Virus record (IMG/VR): IMGVR_UViG_3300028394_000035
DNA: 64,000 nt
Strand: one strand, 5' to 3'
Source of the DNA: a virus
The notes below the pieces were generated by a model that searched no databases, was not told the origin of the DNA, and saw nothing but the letters and a program-made list of their open reading frames with translations. This document shows, one piece after another, positions 29,301 through 37,778 of the stretch. The position numbers and the translations under genes are program-made. The stretch's first letter is position 1. The number at the start of each line of letters is the position of its first letter.

Positions 29301-30810
29301 TATCACTTCAGTAAATGCTCTAATAATTGGAAATATTCAAGGAACACTTGACACTAGTGATGCTACAAAATATATTCAATATACTACAACAGTAGGAATT
29401 ACAACAATAGTTAATGGAAATGCAACATCATCAAATTCAATTTCGACTGGATTAAAATTCAAAGTAAATCACAATAATCACGGAATGTACTCATTCCAAA
29501 ATAAAGTCACATTAAGTGGTATTGAATCTGACGTTTCTCCTGTAAGATTGGCATCTGATTATAATTCATCTTCAACTGATGCGATGGTATTGTCTGATGT
29601 TAGTGTCTTTAATAATTTTGAAAATTATCCTGTTGGTGCTGCAAATACGGGGTATATTTCAATCAAAGAAGAAATTATTGGATATACTGGTGTAAATGAA
29701 TCCACAAAAACATTAACGGGTATAATAAGAGGTCCAGTATCTGGTTCGTATGTTGCGAATGAAATTGTATCAAAATATGAATTAAATGGTGTTTCTTTAA
29801 AAAGAATTAATAAAACACATAGTATTTCTGGTTCAGATCCTATAGATCTAGATGAGTATACAATTGTACTAGACCCAAGTGCAGATGGATTAAATAGAAG
29901 CAACGGAAACCCTGGTGGATATCCATCTTTATATTTTAATGAATCAAAATCTGGAGGATCATATCAATCCATTATTCCTACCACTTCAAACTTTAAAGGA
30001 CCAAAAGCAACACAAAATATTTCTTTTAACATAATAAAACCAAATATTCAAACATTAATGCCTTCTACAACATCAATAAGTTGTAAAATTAGGACATTTT
30101 CTGGAAATAGTGTTGGTGGAAATGCAATACCATATGTCGATCAAGGTTTTGAAGATGTTTCTTTGACATCTGATTATGTATTATCGTCCCCAAGAATTAT
30201 TGCATCAAGAGTAAATGAATTAGAATATCTTTCTAGTTATCCTGGAAGTAAATCATTTACACTTGAACTTCAATTTTCTACTGGTGACCCAAAAGTATCA
30301 CCAATGATCGATCTTGATAGAGTTAATGTGATTACTGTGATGACTAGATTGAATAAACCAGTCACAAATTATGCTACAGATTCAAGAGTAAATAGTTTAT
30401 TTGATGACCCTCACGCTGCAATCTATGTTTCTAAAACAATCAATCTAAAACAATCATCTGATAGCCTAAAAGTTTTATTTGATGCTTATAGAGATAATAC
30501 AAGCGACATAAGAGTTATGTATAGATTGTTAAGATCAGATTCTGCATCCCAACAACAACTTTTTGATTTATTTCCCGGATATGATAATTTAGACAATAAT
30601 GATTTTGTAATTGATCCAAAAAATAACAGCGGAAGATCTGACAAATTTGTAATTCCTTCCACGAATATTTCAGATTTTGGAAGTTATGAATTTAGTGCAG
30701 ATAATCTTCCATTATTTAATGGTTTTCAAATTAAAATTTTAATGTCTGGAACAAATCAAGCATTATATCCAAGAATTAAAGATTTGAGAGTTATTGCATC
30801 AAAATCATGA
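23311..30810 (+). CDS. VrlC-like / DUF4815 large virion structural protein (2499 aa)
   Basis: MPQKTNLNVSPYFDDF..QARELT, ARRTYDESGDY, DRFKCGFFVDNF, DPLAQSF; position after gp8. Confidence 0.85.
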   Translation: MPQKTNLNVSPYFDDFEESKNYQKVLFKPGSPVQARELTTLQTILQNQIEKFGNHFFKEGAMVIPGQIAYDSEYACVQIDETHLGLPISLYLENLVGKLIQGEISGVKAKIENYVSNNDTNITYNTLYIKYQSSSDTNFSTATFVDGENLIALEDITYSLSTIRNGTSFATTIISNSTAVGSAAKIAEGIYFIRGFFLKINSETVILDYYTNKPSYRVGLLIDEDIVVASDEYKDLFDNAQGFSNYAAPGADRLKISTSLIKKSIDEFNDENFIELLRLENGILQKFVKTTNYNLIRDELARRTYDESGDYYVKPFDIVEKECLNDQIGNNGIYLKNQKTSQGNTVSDNLLCLSVGPGKAYVRGYEVETINNTIIDVEKPRSTSNDYNQAIPFNLGRQIIVNNVSGSVPVGFGVSSLVNLHQGRTVSVGIASDLKIGVARIYDLKLKNAEYTNAATQYEISLYDVQTYTILNLNATISQTVPAHIRGKNSGATGYLVGTVSSSKELTLYQVSGSFAKDEQIEINGIDNGRTITSSRDFNFSDVHQIVGNGVTFTADPLLSNSILLSPSGSQFTISVASGGISSVTNSNSNFYVGINTGDVVSYTKQGEIVPTYNKVHRISTTAKVIELKSFPSVSGICSGSLPSSTITTNDFKKVTLEILNNIKNIGLYTKLNKSNISNLDLIGSDVVIRKSYNVTISGNGLSQLLESDPNLTLEPFDEEDYNLAFSNGVIESLTDQKLVPSGRTVTLQNISQNGNAVLTTTFKKINVKTKKKTHNRCSSIIVNKSSLQGSGIGSTALNDGLIYGQIYGTRVQDKEISLNISDVSEIVGIIESSTTGDPSLPFIQLTNLSSNILNSVKGELIIGQISGAVAVLISSNGTNQVDIVYQNENIFATNESISFQESNIQANVLFAFPGDKNIKNNYIFDSGQRSDYLDFSKIIRKPQFSGPIKKIKIIYNHFTINSSDTGDFVGVNSYDKDIYGKLKSVDGIRLSDIIDCRPRVTPFSGSSTSPFEFSSRIFVSTTSSSTNIFAKSKNINLSYDYYLPRIDKIFLDKDGSFIVNKGVPSLTPQIPNNLDSSLEIGTIYLPAYLHNVSSVKTNLVSHKRYRMKDISSLDQRLSNVEYYTSLSLLESDTQNLTIRDKTTQLDRFKCGFFVDNFKSYNGGDISNPAYRASVDVAVGELNPQPYTTSIDLLIGSDSVIGIGTQSNADADLRFVSDLGSPNIKRVGDIVCLNYSDVEYVKNKFATRIENINPFNVINWIGAIELNPSSDTWIETRNSQRTADIEGSYNSFIQQLGVDTNTGLSPTDWGSWETNWTGTQTSGRQQIASIQNGSSFLSESSFQSGGFTNDGQNFGIPITTAQTFQDSFTNFSNETTTTTTNQSRQGIQFGVSQRFDTTNLGDRVVSREVLSFMRSRNIEIIARRLKPNTRIYAFFDNINMTSYVTPKLLEVTMTNGSFSVGEVVVGSLGSKTIRFRVATQNHKYGPYNLPTQTYTVDPYNPSNSLSSQYSSTTSILNIDTASLEIQSSSGFYGQIVSGMRLVGQTSGAICNVKDLRLISDNSGTLIASLFIPDPTIPSTPTFRTGTKTLKLTTSEVNSTISGFTDSSAEANFASSGTLDNVEATTLRIRNADISRNVRTDNRETTETDTRIVADTSFTNRTVTNTRWVDPLAQSFEVADSNGVYITKCDIFFKSKSTNNIPVTLQVRTMTTGLPTQTILPFGEVVLEPNEILISEDGSIPTTFTFPSPVYLETANAYSLVLLSASDQYTVWISRMGEPDISTLLKPESERVIVSQQPLLGSLFKSQNGATWDPSQYEDLKFTLYRANFTTSSSNIRFYNPILDIGNNQIVSLRQNPIQMFANSTLVGIGTSISSADQNLLVKGTKITQKNNSNFSSNLISVLGGISTGSTGTLTITNPGIGYTNGPITYSNVDLTTITGNGIGAKANLSVSGGVAIAATVTVSGIGYGIGDVLSIVSTNTGGLGKNLLLSVPNNAGIITSVNALIIGNIQGTLDTSDATKYIQYTTTVGITTIVNGNATSSNSISTGLKFKVNHNNHGMYSFQNKVTLSGIESDVSPVRLASDYNSSSTDAMVLSDVSVFNNFENYPVGAANTGYISIKEEIIGYTGVNESTKTLTGIIRGPVSGSYVANEIVSKYELNGVSLKRINKTHSISGSDPIDLDEYTIVLDPSADGLNRSNGNPGGYPSLYFNESKSGGSYQSIIPTTSNFKGPKATQNISFNIIKPNIQTLMPSTTSISCKIRTFSGNSVGGNAIPYVDQGFEDVSLTSDYVLSSPRIIASRVNELEYLSSYPGSKSFTLELQFSTGDPKVSPMIDLDRVNVITVMTRLNKPVTNYATDSRVNSLFDDPHAAIYVSKTINLKQSSDSLKVLFDAYRDNTSDIRVMYRLLRSDSASQQQLFDLFPGYDNLDNNDFVIDPKNNSGRSDKFVIPSTNISDFGSYEFSADNLPLFNGFQIKILMSGTNQALYPRIKDLRVIASKS

Positions 30811-31025
30811 TACCAGTAAAAGATCATAATTTTTTGTTTAGGGACGAAAAAACTAATGCAATTATTAATTGCTCAAGTCTTGACTATCAAAAATATCTAA
30901 AAGCAAAAGAAGATAAAATGAAAGAAATTGGAAAATCAAAACAAATAGAAGAAGATGTAATAAAGATTAAAAATGATATTGACGAAATAAAAGATTTATT
31001 AAAGAAATTAATATTATCTAAATGA
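30807..31025 (+). CDS. Conserved hypothetical coiled-coil protein
   Basis: ORF track; ATGA overlap with upstream gene. Confidence 0.75.
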   Translation: MIPVKDHNFLFRDEKTNAIINCSSLDYQKYLKAKEDKMKEIGKSKQIEEDVIKIKNDIDEIKDLLKKLILSK

Positions 31026-31058
31026 TAAATATATTAGAAAGTAGTATATTTACATTCA

Positions 31059-31397
31059 ATGGCAGCATATGTTAGTAACATAGTAATTGATGTTGGATCT
31101 GATTTTAATCAGACATTTTATCTTGAGACTACTTCGAATACACCATTAAATTTGACTGGATATACTGCTACTTCAAAAATGAAGAAGCATCCCTCATCTA
31201 GTTCTACTGCTGCCACATTTATTATTTCCTTTCCTGGTCCAAGTAATGGATCATTGACAATATCTTTGGGTTCAACAATAACCTCAGGGTTAAAACCAGG
31301 AAGATATTGTTATGATATATTATTAAATAACGGATCAGTAAAAACTAGAGTCGTTGAAGGTAGCGCACTTGTTACTGCTGGAATTACCACAGGATAA
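31059..31397 (+). CDS. Virion structural protein (BppU-N-like beta domain)
   Basis: IDVGSDF..TF, LKPGRYCYDILL..KTRVVEG pattern. Confidence 0.7.
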   Translation: MAAYVSNIVIDVGSDFNQTFYLETTSNTPLNLTGYTATSKMKKHPSSSSTAATFIISFPGPSNGSLTISLGSTITSGLKPGRYCYDILLNNGSVKTRVVEGSALVTAGITTG

Positions 31398-31402
31398 TAA
31401 AA

Positions 31403-31630
31403 ATGGCAGACATAAAAGTCAGAGTTGGTTCTCAAAATGCTATTAAAGTTATATCTTCTCTTTCCGGTACAACTGGAACTTTAGCTGGATTGGATGATGT
31501 TGATATATCGGGCGGATTATTGAATGGGATGGTCATAGTATATAATTCTACAATATCTAAGTGGGAAGCAACTTTAAATTTAACACCAGGCAATACCCAA
31601 AATTTGGACATCAACGGAGGTAACTTTTAA
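31403..31630 (+). CDS. Small structural hypothetical protein
   Basis: LAGLDDVDIS...C-terminal NGGNF. Confidence 0.7.
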   Translation: MADIKVRVGSQNAIKVISSLSGTTGTLAGLDDVDISGGLLNGMVIVYNSTISKWEATLNLTPGNTQNLDINGGNF

Positions 31631-33783
31631 TGGCAAGTATAATTAGAGTTAAAAGGTCCACAGGAACAATTGCTCCGGCAACTCTTAATTATGGGGAACT
31701 TGGTCTTACAATTGGGGTTGGAACGCATGGCAATAGTGGTGGTAGATTATTTGTAGGAGACAACTCATCCAACCCACTAGTAGTTGGTGGTAGATACTAT
31801 ACAGACCTTTTAAGCATTGCTCCTGGATTAGTTGCGGGTCAATCAAATCCAACAACTGCGGCAAATGGATTTGTTGCTATCCTTGACAGTAATCGTAAAG
31901 TCAATCAGTGGAACGTAGATAATATTACGATTGATTTAAATACAATTTCATCTACAAACGTAGATGGGGATATAAATTTAGATCCAAATGGAACTGGTGA
32001 AATTGTAATCCCAGACGACACATATTTAACATTTGGAACTAGTAAAGATGTAAAATTAAGATATGATGAATTAACCGACGATAGATTTGAAATTGAAGGT
32101 GCTGATTGGAATTTTGCAAATAATGTTGCAATTAGCATTAGCGATACTACTGCTTCAACAACTCCTACGACCGGAGCTCTTACAGTTGCTGGTGGTGTTG
32201 GTTTTGCTACTCATCTAAATGTTGGTGGAAATGTAGATATTGATTTAGATTTAAATGTTGATGGTGGAGATATAACCACAAATCTAACAGCATTTAATTT
32301 ACTAAATGCAAATGCAACAACAGTTAATGCCTTTGGTGCTGGTACTAGTATTGTAATTGGTGCTACGACAGGTATTGCAACCATTCGTAATGCGACTTTA
32401 AGTGTTCCAAATGCGACCACACTAAATCTTGGTGCAACATCTTCTGCAACAAGTGTTAATTTTCAAAGCACTCCAAACACTTCTTTTGTTTCGATTGCCG
32501 CAACTACAAATGCAACAACTACAACATCTGGTGCATTAAGAGTTGCCGGTGGTGTTGGAATTGTAAGTAATGTTTATATTGGCGGAATTTTAAATGTAAC
32601 AGGAAATCAATCTGGTTCAAATTTAACACTCACAGGAAACCTTCAAGTTGATGGTAATACAACTCTAGGAAACGCCTCAGGCGATGTTGTAACCATCACA
32701 GGTTCGATTAATCATACCGGACCTCTTACCAATACTGGTGGGGTTACGATTGATAATATTGGAATTAGTTCAAATGTAATTTCAACTAGATCTGGTGGCG
32801 GAAATATATTATACATTGATCCATATCCTGATGGATTAAGTAATGAAGGAATGGTCGTTATTAAAGGCGATCTTCAAGTTGATGGAACCACAACTACAGT
32901 AAATTCAAGTAATGTTACTGTAAATGATGCAATTCTATCACTTGGCGAAGTTACAAGTGTAAGAACCGTAGTTGCAACAGTTGCATCTGGCGTATCTACA
33001 ATTTCTTTGGATTCTGTTGTTGGTATTAATACTGGTGATATTATTACTGGTAATGCTGCTTTACCAAATAGTGGACTGACTACGATTACAGCATATAATA
33101 CATCCACAAAGATTATTACAATTACTGGAACTACAAGTTCCGGAATTAGTACAACATCACAATTAACAGTAATACACGCTTATGATACAAATACCGATAG
33201 AGGTATTTCTTTTGATTATAATACCGGTGTAGGAACTGCAAATAATAAAACAGGATTTTTTGGTTATCACGATACAACTAATAGTGGAAGTGCTGCACCA
33301 GTAAGATCTTGGACCTATGTACCAGATGCAACAAATTCAAATAATGTTATAACCGGAACCAGAGGTTATTTAGATATTAAAGGAATTTATTATCAAACTG
33401 GTGATTTTAATACTCACGGTGTTGTATTCTTTGATAATGATGGACTTCAAACTTCTACTAATAATCCATCCACAGCATCAAGCACCAGAACTTCTACTCA
33501 AATTTTAACTGCTGTTACTGAAATTAATTTATCTCTTCCATCATCTACATCAGTAACAGCTGGTGATCAAGTAACACAAGTCAATAATAGTGGGGCATAT
33601 GGTGTGGTTAAAACTACTGTTTCTGGAACAACAATTACATTAATTGGTGTCCAGGGAACATTTGACACTACAAATGATTTGAAGGTAAATGGTGCAAATA
33701 TTTCAATAATACCAGGAACAGTAACAACAATATATACAAATAAACCAATGTGGACTGATACTTTGGACGGAGGGACATTCTAA
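31630..33783 (+). CDS. Tail fibre-like structural protein
   Basis: MASIIRVKRSTG..P..L.YGEL N-terminus; repeated GALxVAGGVGI units; ends DGGTF. Confidence 0.75.
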   Translation: MASIIRVKRSTGTIAPATLNYGELGLTIGVGTHGNSGGRLFVGDNSSNPLVVGGRYYTDLLSIAPGLVAGQSNPTTAANGFVAILDSNRKVNQWNVDNITIDLNTISSTNVDGDINLDPNGTGEIVIPDDTYLTFGTSKDVKLRYDELTDDRFEIEGADWNFANNVAISISDTTASTTPTTGALTVAGGVGFATHLNVGGNVDIDLDLNVDGGDITTNLTAFNLLNANATTVNAFGAGTSIVIGATTGIATIRNATLSVPNATTLNLGATSSATSVNFQSTPNTSFVSIAATTNATTTTSGALRVAGGVGIVSNVYIGGILNVTGNQSGSNLTLTGNLQVDGNTTLGNASGDVVTITGSINHTGPLTNTGGVTIDNIGISSNVISTRSGGGNILYIDPYPDGLSNEGMVVIKGDLQVDGTTTTVNSSNVTVNDAILSLGEVTSVRTVVATVASGVSTISLDSVVGINTGDIITGNAALPNSGLTTITAYNTSTKIITITGTTSSGISTTSQLTVIHAYDTNTDRGISFDYNTGVGTANNKTGFFGYHDTTNSGSAAPVRSWTYVPDATNSNNVITGTRGYLDIKGIYYQTGDFNTHGVVFFDNDGLQTSTNNPSTASSTRTSTQILTAVTEINLSLPSSTSVTAGDQVTQVNNSGAYGVVKTTVSGTTITLIGVQGTFDTTNDLKVNGANISIIPGTVTTIYTNKPMWTDTLDGGTF

Positions 33784-33785
33784 TT

Positions 33786-34028
33786 ATGAATAGTGAAGTT
33801 GATGTGAATATTTTAGTTAATCTGTATCATCAAAAAATTTCAGCATTAACGAATCAAAATATTTTATTAGAGGCAAAATTACAATCATTAACAAAAGATT
33901 TTGAAGATCAAAAAAATATTTTATTAACAACAAATCTTGAATTGCAACAACATAATGATGAAATATTAAAATCAAAAAGAAAAATAAAACCAGAAGATAA
34001 ATACGAAGAGGCAGGAATTCAACAATGA
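33786..34028 (+). CDS. Conserved coiled-coil hypothetical protein
   Basis: ORF track; lies before gp13. Confidence 0.7.
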   Translation: MNSEVDVNILVNLYHQKISALTNQNILLEAKLQSLTKDFEDQKNILLTTNLELQQHNDEILKSKRKIKPEDKYEEAGIQQ

Positions 34029-34840
34029 CTCAACCATCATCCCGTCAAGGATTAATTGATTATTCTTTAAGAAAACTTGGATATCCAGTCGTAGAAATTA
34101 ATGTAGATGATGACCAAATTGATGATTTGGTGGATGATGCAATTCAGTATTTTAATGAAAGACATTATGATGGAATTGAAAAAGTATTTTTAAAACATAA
34201 ACTATCAGAAAATGAATTAAATTCAATAAGGACAGGTGTCACCACTACAACTGCCACATCTACTGTTGGAATTGCTACTCTTTCTTATACAGAAACCAAT
34301 AATTTCATAAAACTTCCAGATCACGTAATCGGTGTAAATAACGTATTTAAAATAGATTCAAGTACAATATCAAGTGGTTTATTTAATATTAAATATCAAT
34401 TATTTCTAAACGATTTGTATTATTACGGAGCATTAGATCTTTTAAATTATGCAATGGTTAAGACATATTTGGAAGATTTAAGTAGATTAATCACACCCGA
34501 TATTCAAATTCGTTTTAATAAAAAAAATCATAGATTATATTTGGATATTGATTGGAGTCAAATGAGTCCAAATAATTATCTTATATTGGATTGTTATAGA
34601 ATGGTAAATCCCGCAGATGCATCAAGTGTTTATAATGATTGGTGGTTAAAAAAATATTTAACTGCACTAATCAAAAGGCAGTGGGGACAGAATATGATTA
34701 AATTCCAAGGCGTATTGCTTCCTGGTGGTGTGCAACTTAATGGAAGACAGCTTTTTGATGATGCAGTTAAAGAAATAGAAGAAGCAGAAAATCAACTTAA
34801 AACGGAATACGAATTGCCTCCAATGGATATGATAGGATAA
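34025..34840 (+). CDS. gp13: Neck protein gp13
   Basis: LRKLGYPVVEINV, LIKRQWGQN, LPGGVQLNG, YELPP. Confidence 0.95.
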   Translation: MTQPSSRQGLIDYSLRKLGYPVVEINVDDDQIDDLVDDAIQYFNERHYDGIEKVFLKHKLSENELNSIRTGVTTTTATSTVGIATLSYTETNNFIKLPDHVIGVNNVFKIDSSTISSGLFNIKYQLFLNDLYYYGALDLLNYAMVKTYLEDLSRLITPDIQIRFNKKNHRLYLDIDWSQMSPNNYLILDCYRMVNPADASSVYNDWWLKKYLTALIKRQWGQNMIKFQGVLLPGGVQLNGRQLFDDAVKEIEEAENQLKTEYELPPMDMIG

Positions 34841-34844
34841 TATT

Positions 34845-36251
34845 ATGTCTCCACTTAATCCATATTTTTTGCAGGGTTCTTCTAGTGAACAAAGATTAGT
34901 ACAAGATTTGATTAATGAACAATTGAGAATGTATGGGCAAGATGTAGTATACATTCCAAGAAATATTATCAATAAAAATACAATATTAAAGGAAATAACA
35001 TCATCAAAATTTGATGATTCATTCAGAATTGAAGCATATTTAGTCAATTATGAGGGATTTGGAGGTCAAGGAGACATTCTATCAAAATTTGGAGTAAAAA
35101 CTACTGATGAAGTTACATTTATAATTTCAAAAGAAAGGTATGAAGATTTTATTGGTCCATTTATTTCTTTAAATACACAAATTGAATTATCATCCAGACC
35201 TCAAGAGGGAGATTTGATTTATCTTCCATTAGATAATACAATTTTTGAAATCAAATATGTAGAAGGAAAAAAACCATTTTATCAATTAAATAATTTATAC
35301 GTTTACGAATTAAGATGCGAAGTGATGGATTATGAAGCAGATGATGTAATTAATACAAGTATTAATGAAGTTGACGAGTCAGTAAAAGATTTTGGATATA
35401 TCGTAAAACTTATTATGGTCGGTTTGGGCGCAACATCAACATCTGCAACTGCAGAACTTGCAGTTAATCTCGGTGGTAGTTCTGTATCAAGAATAGATTT
35501 AATTAATGATGGGACTGGTTATCTTTCTGTTCCGATTGTTGCAATAAGTACTGCTTCTTCTGGAGGTATAAATGCGACAGCAGTTGCAATAATGACGAGT
35601 CGTTCCAGTCAAACTGGAAGTTCAATTGATAAAATTTTAGTTATAAATCCAGGTATTGGATATACAATTGCACCCACTGTTAGTATTATAAGTAGTAGTG
35701 GTTCTGGAGGAATAGCAACAGCAATTATATCTTCTGGTTCTTTGGGTCCAATAAATTTAATTGATGGTGGTGTTGGTTATTCTACTGCACCTATTGTCGC
35801 AATAAGTACTGCACCTGTTGGTGGAACAAATGCAACTGCACAAGCATTTATTAATTCTTCTGGTATTGTAACTTCAATTCGTTATACTAATGCTGGGGCA
35901 GGTTATACACAGCCACCAGTAGTTACAATATCTTCACCTGTTGGTGTATCTACGGGCAATTATATATTCAACGAAATAGTAAGAGGAGTTTCAACAGGAA
36001 CTACTGCTTATGTAAATAATTGGGATTATGATACAAGAATACTTCAAGTCAAAACTTTAAATGGAAGTTTTATTCGGGGAGAATCTGTAGTTGGTATGGG
36101 AACAACAAGTGGAGGGTCAAATGCAAATTATAGAATTCTTTCAATCAATACTCAAGATGAATATGATGATTATGCAGACAATATACCAATAGAAAATGAA
36201 GCAGATGAAATTTTAGATTTTAGTGAAAGAAACCCTTTTGGGGATTATTAA
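34845..36251 (+). CDS. gp14: Neck protein gp14 with internal repeat insertion
   Basis: EQRLVQDLINEQLRMYG, RPQEGDLIY, FSERNPFG. Confidence 0.9.
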   Translation: MSPLNPYFLQGSSSEQRLVQDLINEQLRMYGQDVVYIPRNIINKNTILKEITSSKFDDSFRIEAYLVNYEGFGGQGDILSKFGVKTTDEVTFIISKERYEDFIGPFISLNTQIELSSRPQEGDLIYLPLDNTIFEIKYVEGKKPFYQLNNLYVYELRCEVMDYEADDVINTSINEVDESVKDFGYIVKLIMVGLGATSTSATAELAVNLGGSSVSRIDLINDGTGYLSVPIVAISTASSGGINATAVAIMTSRSSQTGSSIDKILVINPGIGYTIAPTVSIISSSGSGGIATAIISSGSLGPINLIDGGVGYSTAPIVAISTAPVGGTNATAQAFINSSGIVTSIRYTNAGAGYTQPPVVTISSPVGVSTGNYIFNEIVRGVSTGTTAYVNNWDYDTRILQVKTLNGSFIRGESVVGMGTTSGGSNANYRILSINTQDEYDDYADNIPIENEADEILDFSERNPFGDY

Positions 36252-36279
36252 ATCTAAATAATTAATAAAAGGTATTATT

Positions 36280-37332
36280 ATGTTAGGCCAATACTACTAT
36301 CACGAAATAATTCGTAAGACAATTATTGCCTTTGGTACTTTATTTAATGATATTAATATCAAACACAAAAAACAAGATGATAGCGATTTTAGCACTATAA
36401 AAGTTCCAATTGCATATGGTCCTACTGAAAAGTTTTTAGCAAGATTAGAGCAAAAACCAGATTTGAGAAAAAGAGTTGCTATAATTCTCCCAAGACTTGC
36501 ATTTGAAATGAATAGTATTCAATATGATAATAGTAGAAAAATTTCTACTATGCAAACATTTAAATCAAAAAGTCTCACAGATGATAAAGTAGTAAATAGA
36601 TTGTTTATGCCTGTTCCTTATAATTTGGGCATACAACTTTCAATTATGACTCAATATAATGATGATGCTCTTCAAATTGTAGAACAAATTCTCCCATACT
36701 TTCAGCCATCTTTTAATTTAACAATTGATTTGGTATCTTCTATAGGTGAAAAACGTGATATTCCAATAGTTCTTGGAAATATAAATTTCAAAGATAATTA
36801 CGAAAGTGGATATGACGAAAAAAGAATTATAATTTATGATTTAAATTTTACAGCAAAAACGTATCTATTTGGACCATTACCTGATTCTACTGAAGGTCTT
36901 ATCAAAAAAGTACAAGTCGATTATTATACAGACACAAACAGAAAAAATGCTTCTAGACAACTTCGTTATGTTGCTGAACCAAGAGCAATACAAGATTACA
37001 CCGATGATAATACAACTTCACTAGCAGAACATATAGATGATAAAATTACTAAATTTGATGTGAGTAATGCAGCATCACTTACTGTAAATGAATATATTGA
37101 AATTGATAATGAAGAAATGTATATTAAAGAAATATCTGGAAACACAATCACAGTTAATAGGGGACAAGATGAAACCGAAATCGTATCACATACTTCTGGT
37201 ACTGTTGTAAATATTATTAATAATGCAGATGATGCTTTAATCGAACAGGATGATGATTTTGGATTTAGTGAATATCGTTATGACTATGGTGACGGAAAAA
37301 TTTATAGTCCAACTAAAGGTATTGATGTATGA
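36280..37332 (+). CDS. gp15: Tail sheath stabilizer / completion protein gp15
   Basis: IIAFGTLFN, VPIAYGP..KFLARL, LQIVEQILPYFQP. Confidence 0.95.
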   Translation: MLGQYYYHEIIRKTIIAFGTLFNDINIKHKKQDDSDFSTIKVPIAYGPTEKFLARLEQKPDLRKRVAIILPRLAFEMNSIQYDNSRKISTMQTFKSKSLTDDKVVNRLFMPVPYNLGIQLSIMTQYNDDALQIVEQILPYFQPSFNLTIDLVSSIGEKRDIPIVLGNINFKDNYESGYDEKRIIIYDLNFTAKTYLFGPLPDSTEGLIKKVQVDYYTDTNRKNASRQLRYVAEPRAIQDYTDDNTTSLAEHIDDKITKFDVSNAASLTVNEYIEIDNEEMYIKEISGNTITVNRGQDETEIVSHTSGTVVNIINNADDALIEQDDDFGFSEYRYDYGDGKIYSPTKGIDV

Positions 37333-37760
37333 AAAATAATTTTGATAAGATAGATGAGTCTTTAGAAATTAAAGCAACAATTACGGCAAAAGAAATTATT
37401 AAAGAATCAAAAAAAGAAATAAGAAGCATTCAAAGTAAAGATCACTCCGAATTAGATTATGATTATATTCGTGGGACTCTTTATAATTTAATCGAAAAAG
37501 GACAAGAAGCAGCAACAAGTCTTTTGGAACTTGCTCAAGATGGACAACAACCAAGGGCATATGAAGTTTTTGGGCAGTTGATTAAAAGTGTTGCTGATTC
37601 TACTGATAAACTAATGGATATACATCAAAAAGTAAAAGAACTTAAAAAAGAAGAAAAATCTGGACCAAAGAATGTTACAAATGCACTCTTTATTGGTTCT
37701 ACTGCAGAACTTCAAAAACTTCTTAAAAATGGTTTAAATGCAGAAGATATTTCTAAATAA
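37329..37760 (+). CDS. gp16: Terminase small subunit gp16
   Basis: DYDYIRG.LY.LIEKG, PRAYEV, NALFIGSTAELQK. Confidence 0.95.
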   Translation: MKNNFDKIDESLEIKATITAKEIIKESKKEIRSIQSKDHSELDYDYIRGTLYNLIEKGQEAATSLLELAQDGQQPRAYEVFGQLIKSVADSTDKLMDIHQKVKELKKEEKSGPKNVTNALFIGSTAELQKLLKNGLNAEDISK

Positions 37761-37778
37761 TAGAAAGCAAAAAATAAA

